NCBI RefSeq assembly: GCF_009914755.1
Contig: NC_060929.1
Length of the DNA: 64,000 nucleotides
Strand: one strand, 5' to 3'
Origin: the human T2T-CHM13v2.0 reference genome, Homo sapiens
Positions 26,371-38,963 of this stretch are shown here, piece by piece; position 1 is the first letter of the stretch; each line of letters starts with the position of its first letter. Below the pieces are notes generated by a model. That model saw nothing but the letters and a program-made list of their open reading frames with translations, did not search any database and was not told where the DNA came from. The position numbers were made by a program, and so were the translations under genes.

Positions 26371-29160
26371 CACACTAATGTCATGGAGCTTTTTGCTTAT
26401 GTTTTCTTCTACAGTTTTACTGTTTCAGGTCTTATATTTAGGTATTTAATCCATTTTGATTTGATTTTGTATGTGGTATGAGATAAGGGTCTAATTTCAT
26501 TCTTCTGCATGTGGATATCCAGTTTTCCCAACACCATTTATTGAAAAGCCTGTCCTTTCTACATTGTGTGTACTTGGCATCTTTGTAAAATATCAACTGG
26601 CTGTAAATTAATGGATTTATTTCTGGGCTGCCTGTTCTATTCTACTGGTTTAAGTGTCTGTTTTTATGCCAGTAACATGCTGTTTTGTTTACAATTGCTT
26701 TGTAATATATTTCAAAGTAAAGGAGTATGATGCCTCCAGGTTTGTTCTTTTTACATAAGATTGCTTTGGCTATTTTGGGTCTTTTATGGTTTCATATAAA
26801 TTTTAGGATTTTTTTTTACATTTCTGTGAAGAATATCATTGATATTTTGATGTGAATTGCATTGAATCTATAGATAGCTTTGGATAGTATAGACATTTTG
26901 AAAAGATTAATTTCAATCCACGAACACAAGATAGCCTTCCACTTACTGGTGTCTTCTTCAGTTTCTTTCATCAGTGTTTTATAGTTTTCAACATATCCTT
27001 GGTTAAATTTATTACCAAATATCTTATTATTTGTAGGTATTTTAAATGAGATTTTCTTGATTTCTTTTTTCAGATTGATTGCTCTTAGTATATAGAAATA
27101 CTAATGATTTTTATGTGTTGATTTTGTATTCTCCAACTTTACTTATTCATTTATTAGTTCTAACAGTTTTTCTGGTAGAGTCTTTAGGGTTTTCTGTGTG
27201 TAAGATCATGTTATCTACAAACAGGGACAATTTAAGTTCTTCCTTTCCAATTTGAATATCTTTGATTTATTTCTCCTGCCTAATTACTCTGGGTAGAACT
27301 TCCAATACTGTATTGAATAAAAGTGGTGAGAGGGGCAACCTTATCTTACTCTATGTTTTAAAGGAAATGTTTTCAACTATTTCCTGTTCAGTATGATGTT
27401 ACTTGTGGGTTTGTCATATACGGCCCTTATTGTGTTGAGGCACATTCCTTCTATACTTAATTTGTTGAGAGTTTTATCATAAAGGGATGTTAAATTTTGT
27501 CAAATGCCTTTTCTGCATCAGTTGAGATGCTCATATTGTTTTTGTTCTTGACTCTGTTAATGTGATGTATCACATTTATTGATTTGCATATGTTGAAACA
27601 TCCTTTCATCCTTAGAATAAATCCTACTTGATAATGCTGAATGATCTTTTTAATGTATTGTTGAATTTGATTTGCTAGTATGTTGAAGATTTTTGCATCC
27701 ATGTTCATCAGGGACGTTGGGTGGTAGTTTTCTTTTTTTGTTGAGTCTTTGTCTGGTTTTGGCATCAGGGTAATGCTGGCCTTGTAAAATGAATTTGGAA
27801 GTAATCTAATTTTTCAAAGAGCTAGAGGATAATTAGTATTATTTCTTTAAATGTTTGGTAGAATTGAACCATTACACCATCAGGTCCTGGGCTTCTCCTT
27901 GATGGGGGAATATTTATTACTGATTTAATAAATCTCCTTACTCATTATTGATGTTTTCAGATTTTCTATTTCTTCAAACTTCAATCTTGTTAGCTTACAT
28001 GTGTCCAGGAATTTATCTGTTTCTTCTAGGTTTTACTTTGTATTTGTTGGCATATAATTGTTCATAATAGTTTATTATGGTTCTTTGCATTTCTGTGGTA
28101 TTAGTTGTAATGCCTCCTTTTTTTTAAGCCTCTGATTTTATTTGAGCCTTCTCTCTTTTTTTTTACTTAGTTTAGCTAAAGGTTTGTCAGTTTTATCTTT
28201 TTAAAAAATCATCTCTTCATTTCATTAATATTTTATGTTGTTTTTCTAGTCTCTGTTTCATTTATTTCTGTTTTTACCATTATCATTTTCTTCCTTCTAC
28301 TAATTTTGGGCTTTGTTTTTGTTTGTCTAGTTCCTGCAGGTGTAACATTAGGATGTTTGAGTACTTTCCTTTTTTGATGTAGATATTTAATAGTATAATT
28401 ATTATAGTAATTATAATAATCCTTTTTTCTTATAATTGCTTTTGCTGTATCCCATAGGTTTTGGTATATTTTATTTCCATTTTCATTTGTCTCAAGAAAG
28501 TTTTAAATTTCCATTTTAATTTCTTTATTGACCCATTGATTGTTCAAAGCATGTTGTTTAATTTTGATGTATTTATGAATTTTCTGAAGTTCCTCCTGCT
28601 ATTGATTTCTAGTTTTATATTATTGTGGTGAGAAAAGATACTTGATATAATTTTATTCCTTTTATATTTGTTAAGACTTGTCTTGTGACCTAATGTATAA
28701 TCTATACTGGAGTATATGCCATGTGAAACTGAGAAACATATTAAACTGAGAAGGATGTATATTCTTCAGCTGTAGCTGTCTGCTGGGTCCATTTGATCTA
28801 GAGTACAGTTTAAGTCTGATGTTTCCTTGTTGATTTTCTGCCTGGATGATCTGTCTATTGCTGAAAGTGGGGTGTAAAAATTCTCTACCAATATTATATT
28901 GTAGTCTATTTCTCCCTTCAGATCTATTAAAATTTCCTTATACATTTAGGTGTTCCATGTTGGGTACATATATATTTATAACTGTTATGTCCTCTTGCTG
29001 AATTGACCCTTTTGTTTTTACATAGTGGCCTTCTTTGTTGCTTTTTATAGTTTTTAACTTAAACTTTATCTGACATAAATATAGCTACTTCTGCTCTATT
29101 TTGGTATCCATTTGTAATAAATATCTTTTTCCATTCCTTCACTTTCAGTCTATGTGTATT

Positions 29161-29740
29161 TGTATTAGTCTGTCTTCACACTGCTATAAAGAACTACCTG
29201 AGACTGGCTGGACACAGTGGCTCATGCCTGTAACCCCTGCACTTTGGGATGCTGAGGTGGGAAGATCACTTGAGGCCAGGAGTTTGAGACAAGCCTGGCC
29301 AACATGGTGAAACCTTGTCTCTACCAAAAATACAAATGTTAGCTGGGTGTGGTGGCGTATGCCTGTAGTCTCAGCTACTCAGGAGGCTGAGGCAGGAGAA
29401 TCCCTTGAACTCAGGAGGTGGAGGTTGCCGTGAGCCAAGATTACACCACTGCACTCCAGCCTAGGAGACAGAGCAAGACTGTATCAAAAACAAACAAACA
29501 AAAAAAACTACATGAGACTGGGTAATTTATAAAGAAAAGAGGTTTAATTGACTCACAGTTCTGCATGGCTAGGGAGGCCCCAGGAAACTTACAATCGTGG
29601 CAGAAGGTGATGGGGAAGCAAGGCATATCTTACACAGTGGCAGGAGAGTGAGAGCATCGGGGGAAGTGCCACACTTAGAAACCATCAGATCTTTTGAGAA
29701 CTCACTCACTATCAGGAGAACAGCATGAGGGAAATCTGCC
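29161..29740 (-). mobile_element. Truncated MSTA LTR containing an Alu
   Basis: Starts tgtattagtctgtcttcacactgctataaag and stops abruptly at gggaaatctgcc. Confidence 0.85.
29206..29505 (+). mobile_element. AluS (Sz-like)
   Basis: Full Alu; TSD AACTAC(C/A)TGAGACT at 29192-29205 and 29506-29519. Confidence 0.95.
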
Positions 29741-29832
29741 TAATCTTGCTGATTATTTTTTAGGTTTTATTTTTGTAGATTCTTTCTTCCTTTCATCCTT
29801 TCTTACTGTCTTTCTTTGCAGTTAAGTGATTC

Positions 29833-31168
29833 TGAGAGGTGACAACATGCTAGCTGCCCTCGCTGGCTCTCGGTGCCCCCTTGGCCTCCGCGTCCGCTCT
29901 GGCCCGCTGGAGGAACCCTTCAGCCTGCAGCTGCGCTGTCGGGGACCCTCTCTGGGACTGGCTGAGGCCGGAGCCGGCTGCCTCTGCTCACCCGCAGGGG
30001 TGGAGGGGGAGGCGTGGGTGCAAGCCAGGGCTGCTTGAGGCACTTGTAGGCCAGCGTGGCTTCCGGGTGGTGGTGGGCTCCGCAGGCCCCACACTCCCTG
30101 TGGCTGGCCGGCGCCTGCGGGGCTTGATGGGGGGACGAGCTCCCTCTGGGCTGCTGGAGTGCCTGGGCTAGGTGCTGCAAAGTCCCCTGGTGAGTGCCAT
30201 TGAGAGGTGAAGCCAGCTGGGCTTCTGGGTTGGGTGGGGACTTGGAGAACTTTTCTGTCTAGCTAAAGGATTGTAAACGCACCAATCAGCACTCTGTGTC
30301 TAGCTAGAGGTTTGTAAACACACCAATCAGCACTCTGTGTCTAGCTAAAGGTTTATAAACACACCAATCAGGGCTCTCTGTCTAGCTAAGCTGGTGGGGA
30401 CTTGGAGAACTTTTCTGTCTAGCTAAAGGATTATAAATGCACCAATCAGCACTCTGTGTCTAGCTAAAGTTTGTAAATGCACCAATCAGTGCTCTGTCAA
30501 AACGTAGCAATCAGCTCTCTGTAAAAGGGACCAATCAGCTCTCTGTAAAATCGACCAATCAGCTCTCTATAAAATGGACCAATCAGCAGGATGTGGGTGG
30601 GGCCAGATAAGGCAATAAAAGCAGGTCACCAGAGCTAGCAGTGGCAACCTGGTGGGGTCCCCTTGCACACTGTGGAAGTTTTGTTCTTTTGCTCTTCACA
30701 ATAAATCTTGCTGCTGCTCACTCTTTGAGTACACGCCACCTTCTCGAAGGTCTGCCCCTTTATTCTTGAGGCCAGTGAGACCACAAACCGACTGGGAGGG
30801 ACGAACAACTCTGGATGGGAGGGACGAACAACTCCAGACGCACCACCTTTATGAACTGTAACACTCACAGTGAAGGTCTATAGCTTCACTCCTGAGGCCA
30901 GTGAGACCATGAACCCATCAGAAGGAAAGAACAACTCCAGACACACTGCCTTTAAGAGCTGTAACACTCACCACAAAGGTCTGCAGCTTCACTCCTGAAG
31001 TCAGCAAGACCACGAACCCACCAGAAGGAAGAAACTCCAGACACATCTGAACATCTGAAGGAACAAACTCTGGACACACCATCTTTAAGAACTGTAACAC
31101 TCACTGTGAGGGTCCGTGGCTTCATTCTTGAAGTCAGCGAGACTAAGAACCCACCAATTCCAGACAAA
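29833..31168 (+). mobile_element. LTR12 (HERV9/ERV-9) solo LTR of ~1.34 kb
   Basis: Starts tgagaggtgaca; GC-rich U3; tandem CCAATCAGC subrepeats; U5 tandem repeats; ends ccaccaattccagacaaa; TSD ATTC at 29829-29832 and 31169-31172. Confidence 0.96.
30281..30645 (+). promoter_or_regulatory. LTR12 U3 enhancer/promoter: 8 CCAAT (NF-Y) boxes, a GATA site and an AATAAAA TATA-equivalent
   Basis: CCAAT at 30282, 30323, 30364, 30442, 30482, 30531, 30555 and 30579; AGATAA at 30605; AATAAAA at 30614. Activity is not demonstrated by the sequence. Confidence 0.7.
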
Positions 31169-31970
31169 ATTCTTCTCTAATAATATGTTTTGATGCCTTG
31201 CTTTCTATTTCTTGTGCATCTATAACAGGTTTTAGTTTTGTAGTTAACATGAAGCTTACCAAAAACATCCTATTTTAAGCTGATAGCAATTTAACTGTGA
31301 TAGAAAAAAATCCTGTACATTTTACTCCACTATCTCCTATTATGATTTTTTGATGTCACAATTTACTTTTTATACTTCATATTCTTTAACAAATTATTGT
31401 AATAATTTAAAAATAGTTGTCTTTCAAACTTGATATTGAAGATATAAGCATTTTACACAATATCTTTACAGTGTTAGAGTATTCTAAATTTGATTCTGTA
31501 CTTTTACCAATGAGTTTTGTATTTTGAGATAAATATAAAAATAAATAGTGTTACTCATTACTATCCTTTTATTTTAGCTAGAAGAACTCCCTCAGCATTT
31601 CCTGTAATACAGGTCTGGTAGTGATGAACTCTTTCAGCTTTTGTTTGTCTGATAATCTTTTATCTCTCCTTCATTTTTGAATGACAGGTTTGCAGGATAC
31701 AGTATTCTTAGTTGACAGTTTTCTTTTCCTTTTTTTTTTTTATTAGCACTTTGTATATGTCATCCCACTCCCTCCTGGCCTATAAGATTTCTGGCAAAAA
31801 TCTTGCTTCTAGATGTATTGGAAGTCCTTTTTGTATTATTTGTTTCTTTTCTTTTGCTACTTTCAGGAACCTGTTTTTGTCTTTAATTTTTGACAGTTTG
31901 ATGATAATATGTCTTGGGGATGTCTTATTTGGATTGGATCTGATTAATGTCCTTTGATGTTCCTATATAG

Positions 31971-32274
<304 letters not shown>

Positions 32275-33952
32275 TTCTGCTATTATTCTTTAAGTAAGCT
32301 TTCTGTCCTTCTTTCTCTACTTCCTCTTTAACTCTAATGACTTGAACATTTTCATGTTATCCCATAAATCCTTTCCATGTTATCCCATAGATCCCAGAAG
32401 CCTGCTTCATTTTTTCATGCTTTTTACTTTTGGCTTTTCTGATTGAATAATTCCAATGTTGTGTCTTTAAGCTCACTGATGCTTCTTCTTGATCAAATCT
32501 GCTGTTGAAGCTTTCTACTGAAATTTTCAGTAGAGTTATTGTGTTATCTCTAGGATTTATAATTTTTATTGTTTCTATTTCTTTGTCAAACTTCCCATTT
32601 TGTTCATGAATTGATTTCCAAATTTTATTTAATTTTCTATCCATATTTCTTGCAGCTCCCTGAATTTCTTTAAAAGCATTATTTTAAATTATTTGTCAGT
32701 CATTTCATAGATCTTTTCTTATGGGTCTGTTATTGACCCTTTTATTTATTTTTATTTTTTTCAGTGGTGTCGTATGTCCCTGAATTTTAAATAATCCTTG
32801 TGTTCTTACGTTGATAAGTGTGCTTTTAAGGAGATGGCCACATTTCCTGTCCTTTGCATGTGTTCTTTGGTGGTGATAGACCTTTACTATTTAGTCTAGA
32901 TTGGCCTTATGGTTGGACTGGCTGGTTGCAACCCTGGACAGGCAGATCTTAGTTGGGTTTTCTAGTTGGGCTGAGTCACTTCCTGTGCTCTGATATCAAA
33001 CAGTGTTGCTGGCTGTGCTCTGTGGTCCAGTGAGACCACTGGCTGGGCTCTGTTATTAGGTGAGGCTTCTAGCTGGGCTCTGTAACCATCTCTGATTGGG
33101 TAGAGTTGCAGGTTGTCTTCCCTGGCTGGGAAGTACTGTTGTTTTGCCTCTGTGCAGTGTTTTCTATTGATACTGATGGTTAGTTTCTCTGATGTGATAC
33201 CTCTGTTGGCTGGAACGCAGAGCAACTACCATGATTCATGCACTCGTTGGTATGAACCTCTTTTCTTTGTCTCCAACATACCCCCAGTTGTCTAGCCTGA
33301 TGGCACTCCTGAACATTTCGCATGGGGTGAGGCAGAAGAAAGCCGCCTACAAGGGGTCCCAGAATAGTGAGAAAGCAGAATTCTTTCCCCAACTCACCTC
33401 TCCCACTGCAGAAACCATGAGCCTAAGGTAAACCTTTGTGTATAGCACCATGCTCATATGGGGGTGTGCGTGGGCAGCACAGTCAATAAAAACTATTCTT
33501 CTCACTGTCTGATTATGACTTTTCTCAATTCTGTGGTCCAAGGGGGTGTCTCTTAGCCTTACTTCTGAGTTCTGGTGCATTTATAATGGTCTTCTTCCCT
33601 GTGGATAATTGCTAGCTAGATTTCTGTGGGTGGGGAGTGAAGCTTGTGAACTCCTATTTTACTATCTTGCTGACATCACTTTCTGTTGTTTCTTTTTCTC
33701 TACTCATTTTTGTATCTAGAAGTTCTTACTTCTAATTGCAGTAATTTCTATTTCTTTTGTTGTATTAGTAGCCTTCATTTTCTTATACTATTTTTAAACT
33801 AGGGCAATAAATCTTTCATAAATGGTCACACTAAGCATTTGAATTGGTTAACTTAATCTGCTATTTATATATGGTTGCAAATTGATATCACACTAACAAC
33901 TATAGCTGTAAAAATGAAACATGAATGTAGAAGTCCTTAATGGCAACAGCTT

Positions 33953-34067
33953 GAGGGTGAAAATATAATTAATTGTCCAAACCATGACACTTCCAAGAGT
34001 GAAAGGGAGCACTCTTAATAATTAACCTCGGACAGTCTTAGACAAATCAGGTTGAATGGTCACTCTA
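33953..34067. mobile_element. MER96/MER96B-like hAT MITE
   Basis: Termini gagggtga.../...tggtcactcta; internal attgtccaaacc-gacac-gagtgaaaggg. Confidence 0.7.
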
Positions 34068-34913
34068 TGTGACTGGCTGGTTGCAACCTCAATAGGCAGA
34101 CCTTGCTGTTGGGTGCTCTAGTTGGGTTGGGTAACTTCCTGTGCTCTGAGGTTGAATGGTATTGCTGTCTGTGCTCCATGTTCTGATGAATAAAATAAAA
34201 AACGGGTAGGTTATCATAATATGGGCTCAAGAAGAAGTGTCAAAGGAGAATCATGTTGTTAAAAAATAAATTGGGCTATTAGGAAAGGCAGAATCTCGAT
34301 AGATTAAAGACATGGTTAACTCTGTTTTTGTTGCCAATTATCACTCATCTGAGTTGCTAATTTCTGCTTTCTGTTCACCTGTTAGGACTTAATAACGGTT
34401 TATATTGTTGTCTTACTTGGGAAATGCTATTGCTGATACCATCTGGATGCCAGAGTTAGCTTGCCAAACTAATTGTTTCATCCACTTCTTGAACTGGGAT
34501 TGTTGCCTGAATTACTGTGTAGTCTGATTCTAGGTTCTGGTCTTTCCAGCCGTGGCCACCTGTGTTATGAGATATGAAAGAAAACATTCACACATTCAAG
34601 AAGTAGCAACTTGGAACCTTTATATAGCAGCCTCATCTGATGACAGATTTCAGCTTGTGGTCTCACTGGACCATGAAGCATAGTCAGTAATACCATTTAG
34701 CCTCAGAGCACAGGAGGTCACCTAGTGCAAGTAGAGAACCATATAACAAGATCTTCCTGTTGAGGATGCAACCAGCTGGTCACATAGAGTGACCATTCAA
34801 TCAGACTTGTTATAATATGGGCTCAAGAGGAAGCGTCAAAGGGAGAATCATGTTCTTAAAAAATAAAATGCATCATTAGGAAGGACAGAATCTCAATGGA
34901 TTAAAGACATGGT
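34042..34913. repeat. Local A-B-spacer-A(inverted)-B duplication
   Basis: A 34042-34189 matches the reverse complement of ~34651-34810; B ~34216-34315 matches ~34811-34913 directly. Confidence 0.9.
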
Positions 34914-35699
34914 AATGGTGGAGCCAACATGACTGGTTACTTGTATTAAAGCATAGCAATAAAAACTGAATGAGAAATGGAGATGTTTTTATGTGAGGCA
35001 TGTGGAAGCTACGAACAATTTTTTCTATGATGTCATTTTTTCATCCTTCATAACTATGGGCCTCTCTTCATGCCACTAAGCAACACCCGTAGGTGTTGCT
35101 TTCTCCTTTTACTCTGTTTCTCTTACTTAGAAAAAATGAAAAATGAAAGTTTATTATTTTATTTTATTTATTAGATATCACTTTATGTTTCTTGTTAATT
35201 AAAAAAAATCAGTAAGTAGAATATTTGTTTCACTTTTTAACAAAGAGAACAAAAAGAGCTAAATTGAATTACTTTTAACTTATGTGGCCTTTGATTTTTT
35301 TCTTCTGTTCTTGTAGATCATAGGTTCTTTACTGGAGGGAACAAAGTTCTTTTTCTTGATTTAAGTATTTTAATTATACGTAGAACTTGATGTGGTTTAT
35401 AGTTATTGTTGCTTTTAGCCAGTTGCCATCTGGATAAAGGGAGAAATATTAACATCTTAATTTTACTGACAAAAGAATTGGAGAACAGAGAAGATAAGCA
35501 ATGTGTTCCAGATCAAACTGGGACAGTAAAATTAACATTAAAATTCAGTGATTTGAATTGTTATTCAGATTATTTTTCAAAATGTTTAAAAATATCAAAG
35601 TAAAGAAATTGTCTTAACAAATATTCATAAAACTGTCACTCGGTATCTTTTTATTAATATTTTGCAAGTTTGGGTAATATTTTTCTTTTTGTTTGAAAG

Positions 35700-36070
35700 A
35701 ATACATATTTCTAATACAGTTGAAGTTCCGCTTGTACTCTTTCATGCTGGCATTCCCCTTCTTCCTTTCCCAGAGGTAATCATTTCTGAATTGGGTTTTA
35801 ATCATATCAGATATTCTTTTATACTTCTAACTCATATATATTAGCTTACATATAATAAATAGCACTGTTCTTGTATTGAAAAGTCTTACAGTATGTATCA
35901 TTTTGCAAACTGCTTTTAATCACCTGATCATCTTTTATTAATAAATATTTATGTTGCTGTATGTGCTTCAAGTTTATTGTAAGTGCAATTTCACATTTTA
36001 TACATTGTATGAATATCCCATGATTTACAAATTCATTTTAGTCTAGTAATGAATATATAGGTTCATCTTT
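35700..36070 (-). mobile_element. Ancient L1ME 3'UTR fragment
   Basis: Degenerate motif cttcctttcccagaggtaatcatttctgaattggg. Confidence 0.5.
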
Positions 36071-36902
36071 AGATTATATTTCATAGCATGCATTTATAAT
36101 ACTTACATGATTTCACTACAAATTGTTACAGGGGAACATATTCTATTCATGTTAACAGGAGTAAAACATTTCCTTTTTGAAGTTTTGTAACAAATGACCT
36201 ATCTATAGTGTTTCTTAAGTATTTAAACATAGAGTTTCTGCTTCATTTAGAAACAAAGACTATCTCATGAAATGTATCTACACTGGTATGATATTTAGGA
36301 AGTAAAACTAAATATATAGATGAGTTTCATTTATATACTACATAGTAAAGTATGAATTCAATAAAGGTAGCTATTCCAGAACACTGTAGTGGAAAATAAT
36401 AAAACATTTAGATTTTGGGCTATTTACTTTTGTTTTCTTTATTGCCCCAAATAGAAATATTATTGTTTCTGCTCATGACAGAAAATCAGGGAAATTAGAG
36501 AGAATACTTAAGTAAATTATGCTACATTTATTCACAAGATGGGATATTTTGCAGGCAATAAAATGATGCTTAACAGAAATTTAACACTAAGAACTCATAT
36601 TAAGGTCAAAATACATAAATAAAAATTACATACAATACTATTTTTAAAAGGTAGAGAAGAGCCAAAAAGAAAATACTACGTTATTAAACTTAGTTTCTAC
36701 ATTCTTGATATTCCAAATATTCTCAATCCTGACTGTGCATCAAAATTGCTTATAAGAAAATTAATATGGTTATGGCTCAGTCTACATTTATTAAATTAGA
36801 ATCTATAGAGGTGGGGCTTCTATCAATTTTGGCCTTTGAGGAATTCCACAGCAAATTATGATTTACAGGTTTGAGAACTAGTTGGTTAAAATATAAATCA
36901 CA

Positions 36903-37211
<309 letters not shown>

Positions 37212-37271
37212 AAATAAATCACAACAAAACAAAACTGTAAAATTTTATTAAACTAAATATAGTATGGGCAG

Positions 37272-37943
37272 TGTAGGGGCAGAAAGGAGGTGATCCCTTT
37301 CCTCTTTATTGTGAAGCATCATGGCTGACACCCCTACAACACAAAACAGGTTAACAAGAGGAAAGCATAACAAATTTATTATGTGGACACATGTGTATGA
37401 GAATCATACAAAATATGAACTCAAAGAGGGACCAGATCATTCAGGCTTAAATGCCCTCTTCATAAGGAAGAGAAAAATGGGAGAATGAATAGGCTCAATG
37501 CTAAGACAATGATTACTATATGTTTCTCTTTGGGTGCTGGATGGGACAAGTTACAGGGAAGTGAGAGGAAGAACTGCATGGGAACAAATGTTGTCTTATT
37601 ATGCAGAAAAAGTTACCTCATGTAATCTCTCTGAGTTCCCTCAGAAGAATAAATGAAAAGCCTATATGGGTGTGATGATGACTCCCAGTTTCTTTTCTGG
37701 TGGTGGATCTTTCCTGGTTATTTGATGGGATTCTTGGAGAGGGGATATAAGACAATTGCATTTCTTTTGGAGAAATTTCTTCTTAGTCAAATAAGAGAAT
37801 TCCAAAGAAAGCACCTTCCTGGACTTGGGGGTGTGGGTGAGGGCCTGACAAGGTTAGAGAGACCTCAATTCTGGGGCAGATTCTAAGACTTTTCAGCATA
37901 ACAAAGTGCCAGTCTTTGGGGTATCACGTTTGAACCCCTAACA
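37272..37943 (-). mobile_element. ERV1 MER4-group solo LTR (MER34/LTR48-like)
   Basis: TG...CA ends; rc start tgttaggggttcaaacgtgataccccaaag; TSD GGCAG/AGCAG. Confidence 0.75.
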
Positions 37944-37964
37944 AGCAGGCTTGTTGTAGGAGGA

Positions 37965-38780
37965 AGATAAAAAGATATACCATATTCATGAATGGGAAGG
38001 TCAATATAACAAAATTCTCATGATTCCCACATTAATTTATATACTGAATGCAATAAAATTTCACCTGAAGTTAGTGGAACTTGGCAGAATTATTCTGTAG
38101 TTTATATGAAATAATCAAGCCAATGAGACTAGCAAAGAGATAGAAAAAATGACTATAATGTTATAAATTTCAATATTTTATGAAGATCAAACAGAAACTA
38201 TTTAATTAAGTGATTAGGTTCAACTGAAAATTGGAAGGCAAGAGATTACCAACTGGAACAGATCATTCGGAAGTTAAAAATATTGATGTAAATTACAAAC
38301 AAGCAAAATAGTGTTAAACAGTGAGTTCAGAATCAAATACCTGAACTCGACATCAAGCAGTCATGTGTTTAACACTAATTTTTATCAAATTCCCACTGAA
38401 ATAATCAAATAAAAAACCAAGGGAAAATACTTTATTAGCATTAGAAAGTAAATGTGTGGGTACCTTTTTATACCTTAAATTTGAAAAACATTGCAAAAAG
38501 GGAATCATTAAGAAAAAGTTGTTTTGCTAGATATTAAAATATTATAAACCTCTGAACAATATATTAGAGCGTAAATAGACAGATCAAAGGATTAGAATAG
38601 AAAGAGGCAGTTATAAGTGTATAAATGCCTAGTATGTCATTTAAGATCAATGGGCAAAGGATGAATTGTTAGATATATGTGTTGGGAAACATGGCTAACC
38701 ATTAGTAAGAAGACAGAAGAAATACTTATATTCTACTTTATATCATATAATAAGTTACATGCTAGGTATATCAAAACTGA
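37965..38780 (+). mobile_element. Ancient L1M ORF2 fragments
   Basis: Degenerate ORF2 motifs (catattcatgaatgggaagg; aaatagacagatcaaaggattagaatagaaag). Confidence 0.5.
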
Positions 38781-38963
38781 GAAAATTCAGAAGGAGATTT
38801 TATACCCTTATAACATCGCATTAAGCCCTTAACATAGCCTGGCAAATTTTACTATATTTATCTTACCAGCTTGCTTTACCCTCTGTAGTGACTCAAGTCT
38901 TCCTCTAGTCTATCAAAATCTCCAAATATTTCTTTCCATTACTCAAAGGAAGATCTAACTCTC

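Noticed and set aside
29822-30180. GC-rich overlapping ORFs and CpG-island-like stretch
   Set aside because: Entirely within LTR12 U3; GC-rich DNA lacks stop codons by composition.
30270-30590. Regularly spaced CCAATCAGC repeats resembling a CRISPR array
   Set aside because: The intervening sequences are themselves repeats; this is the standard LTR12 U3 tandem array in primate DNA.
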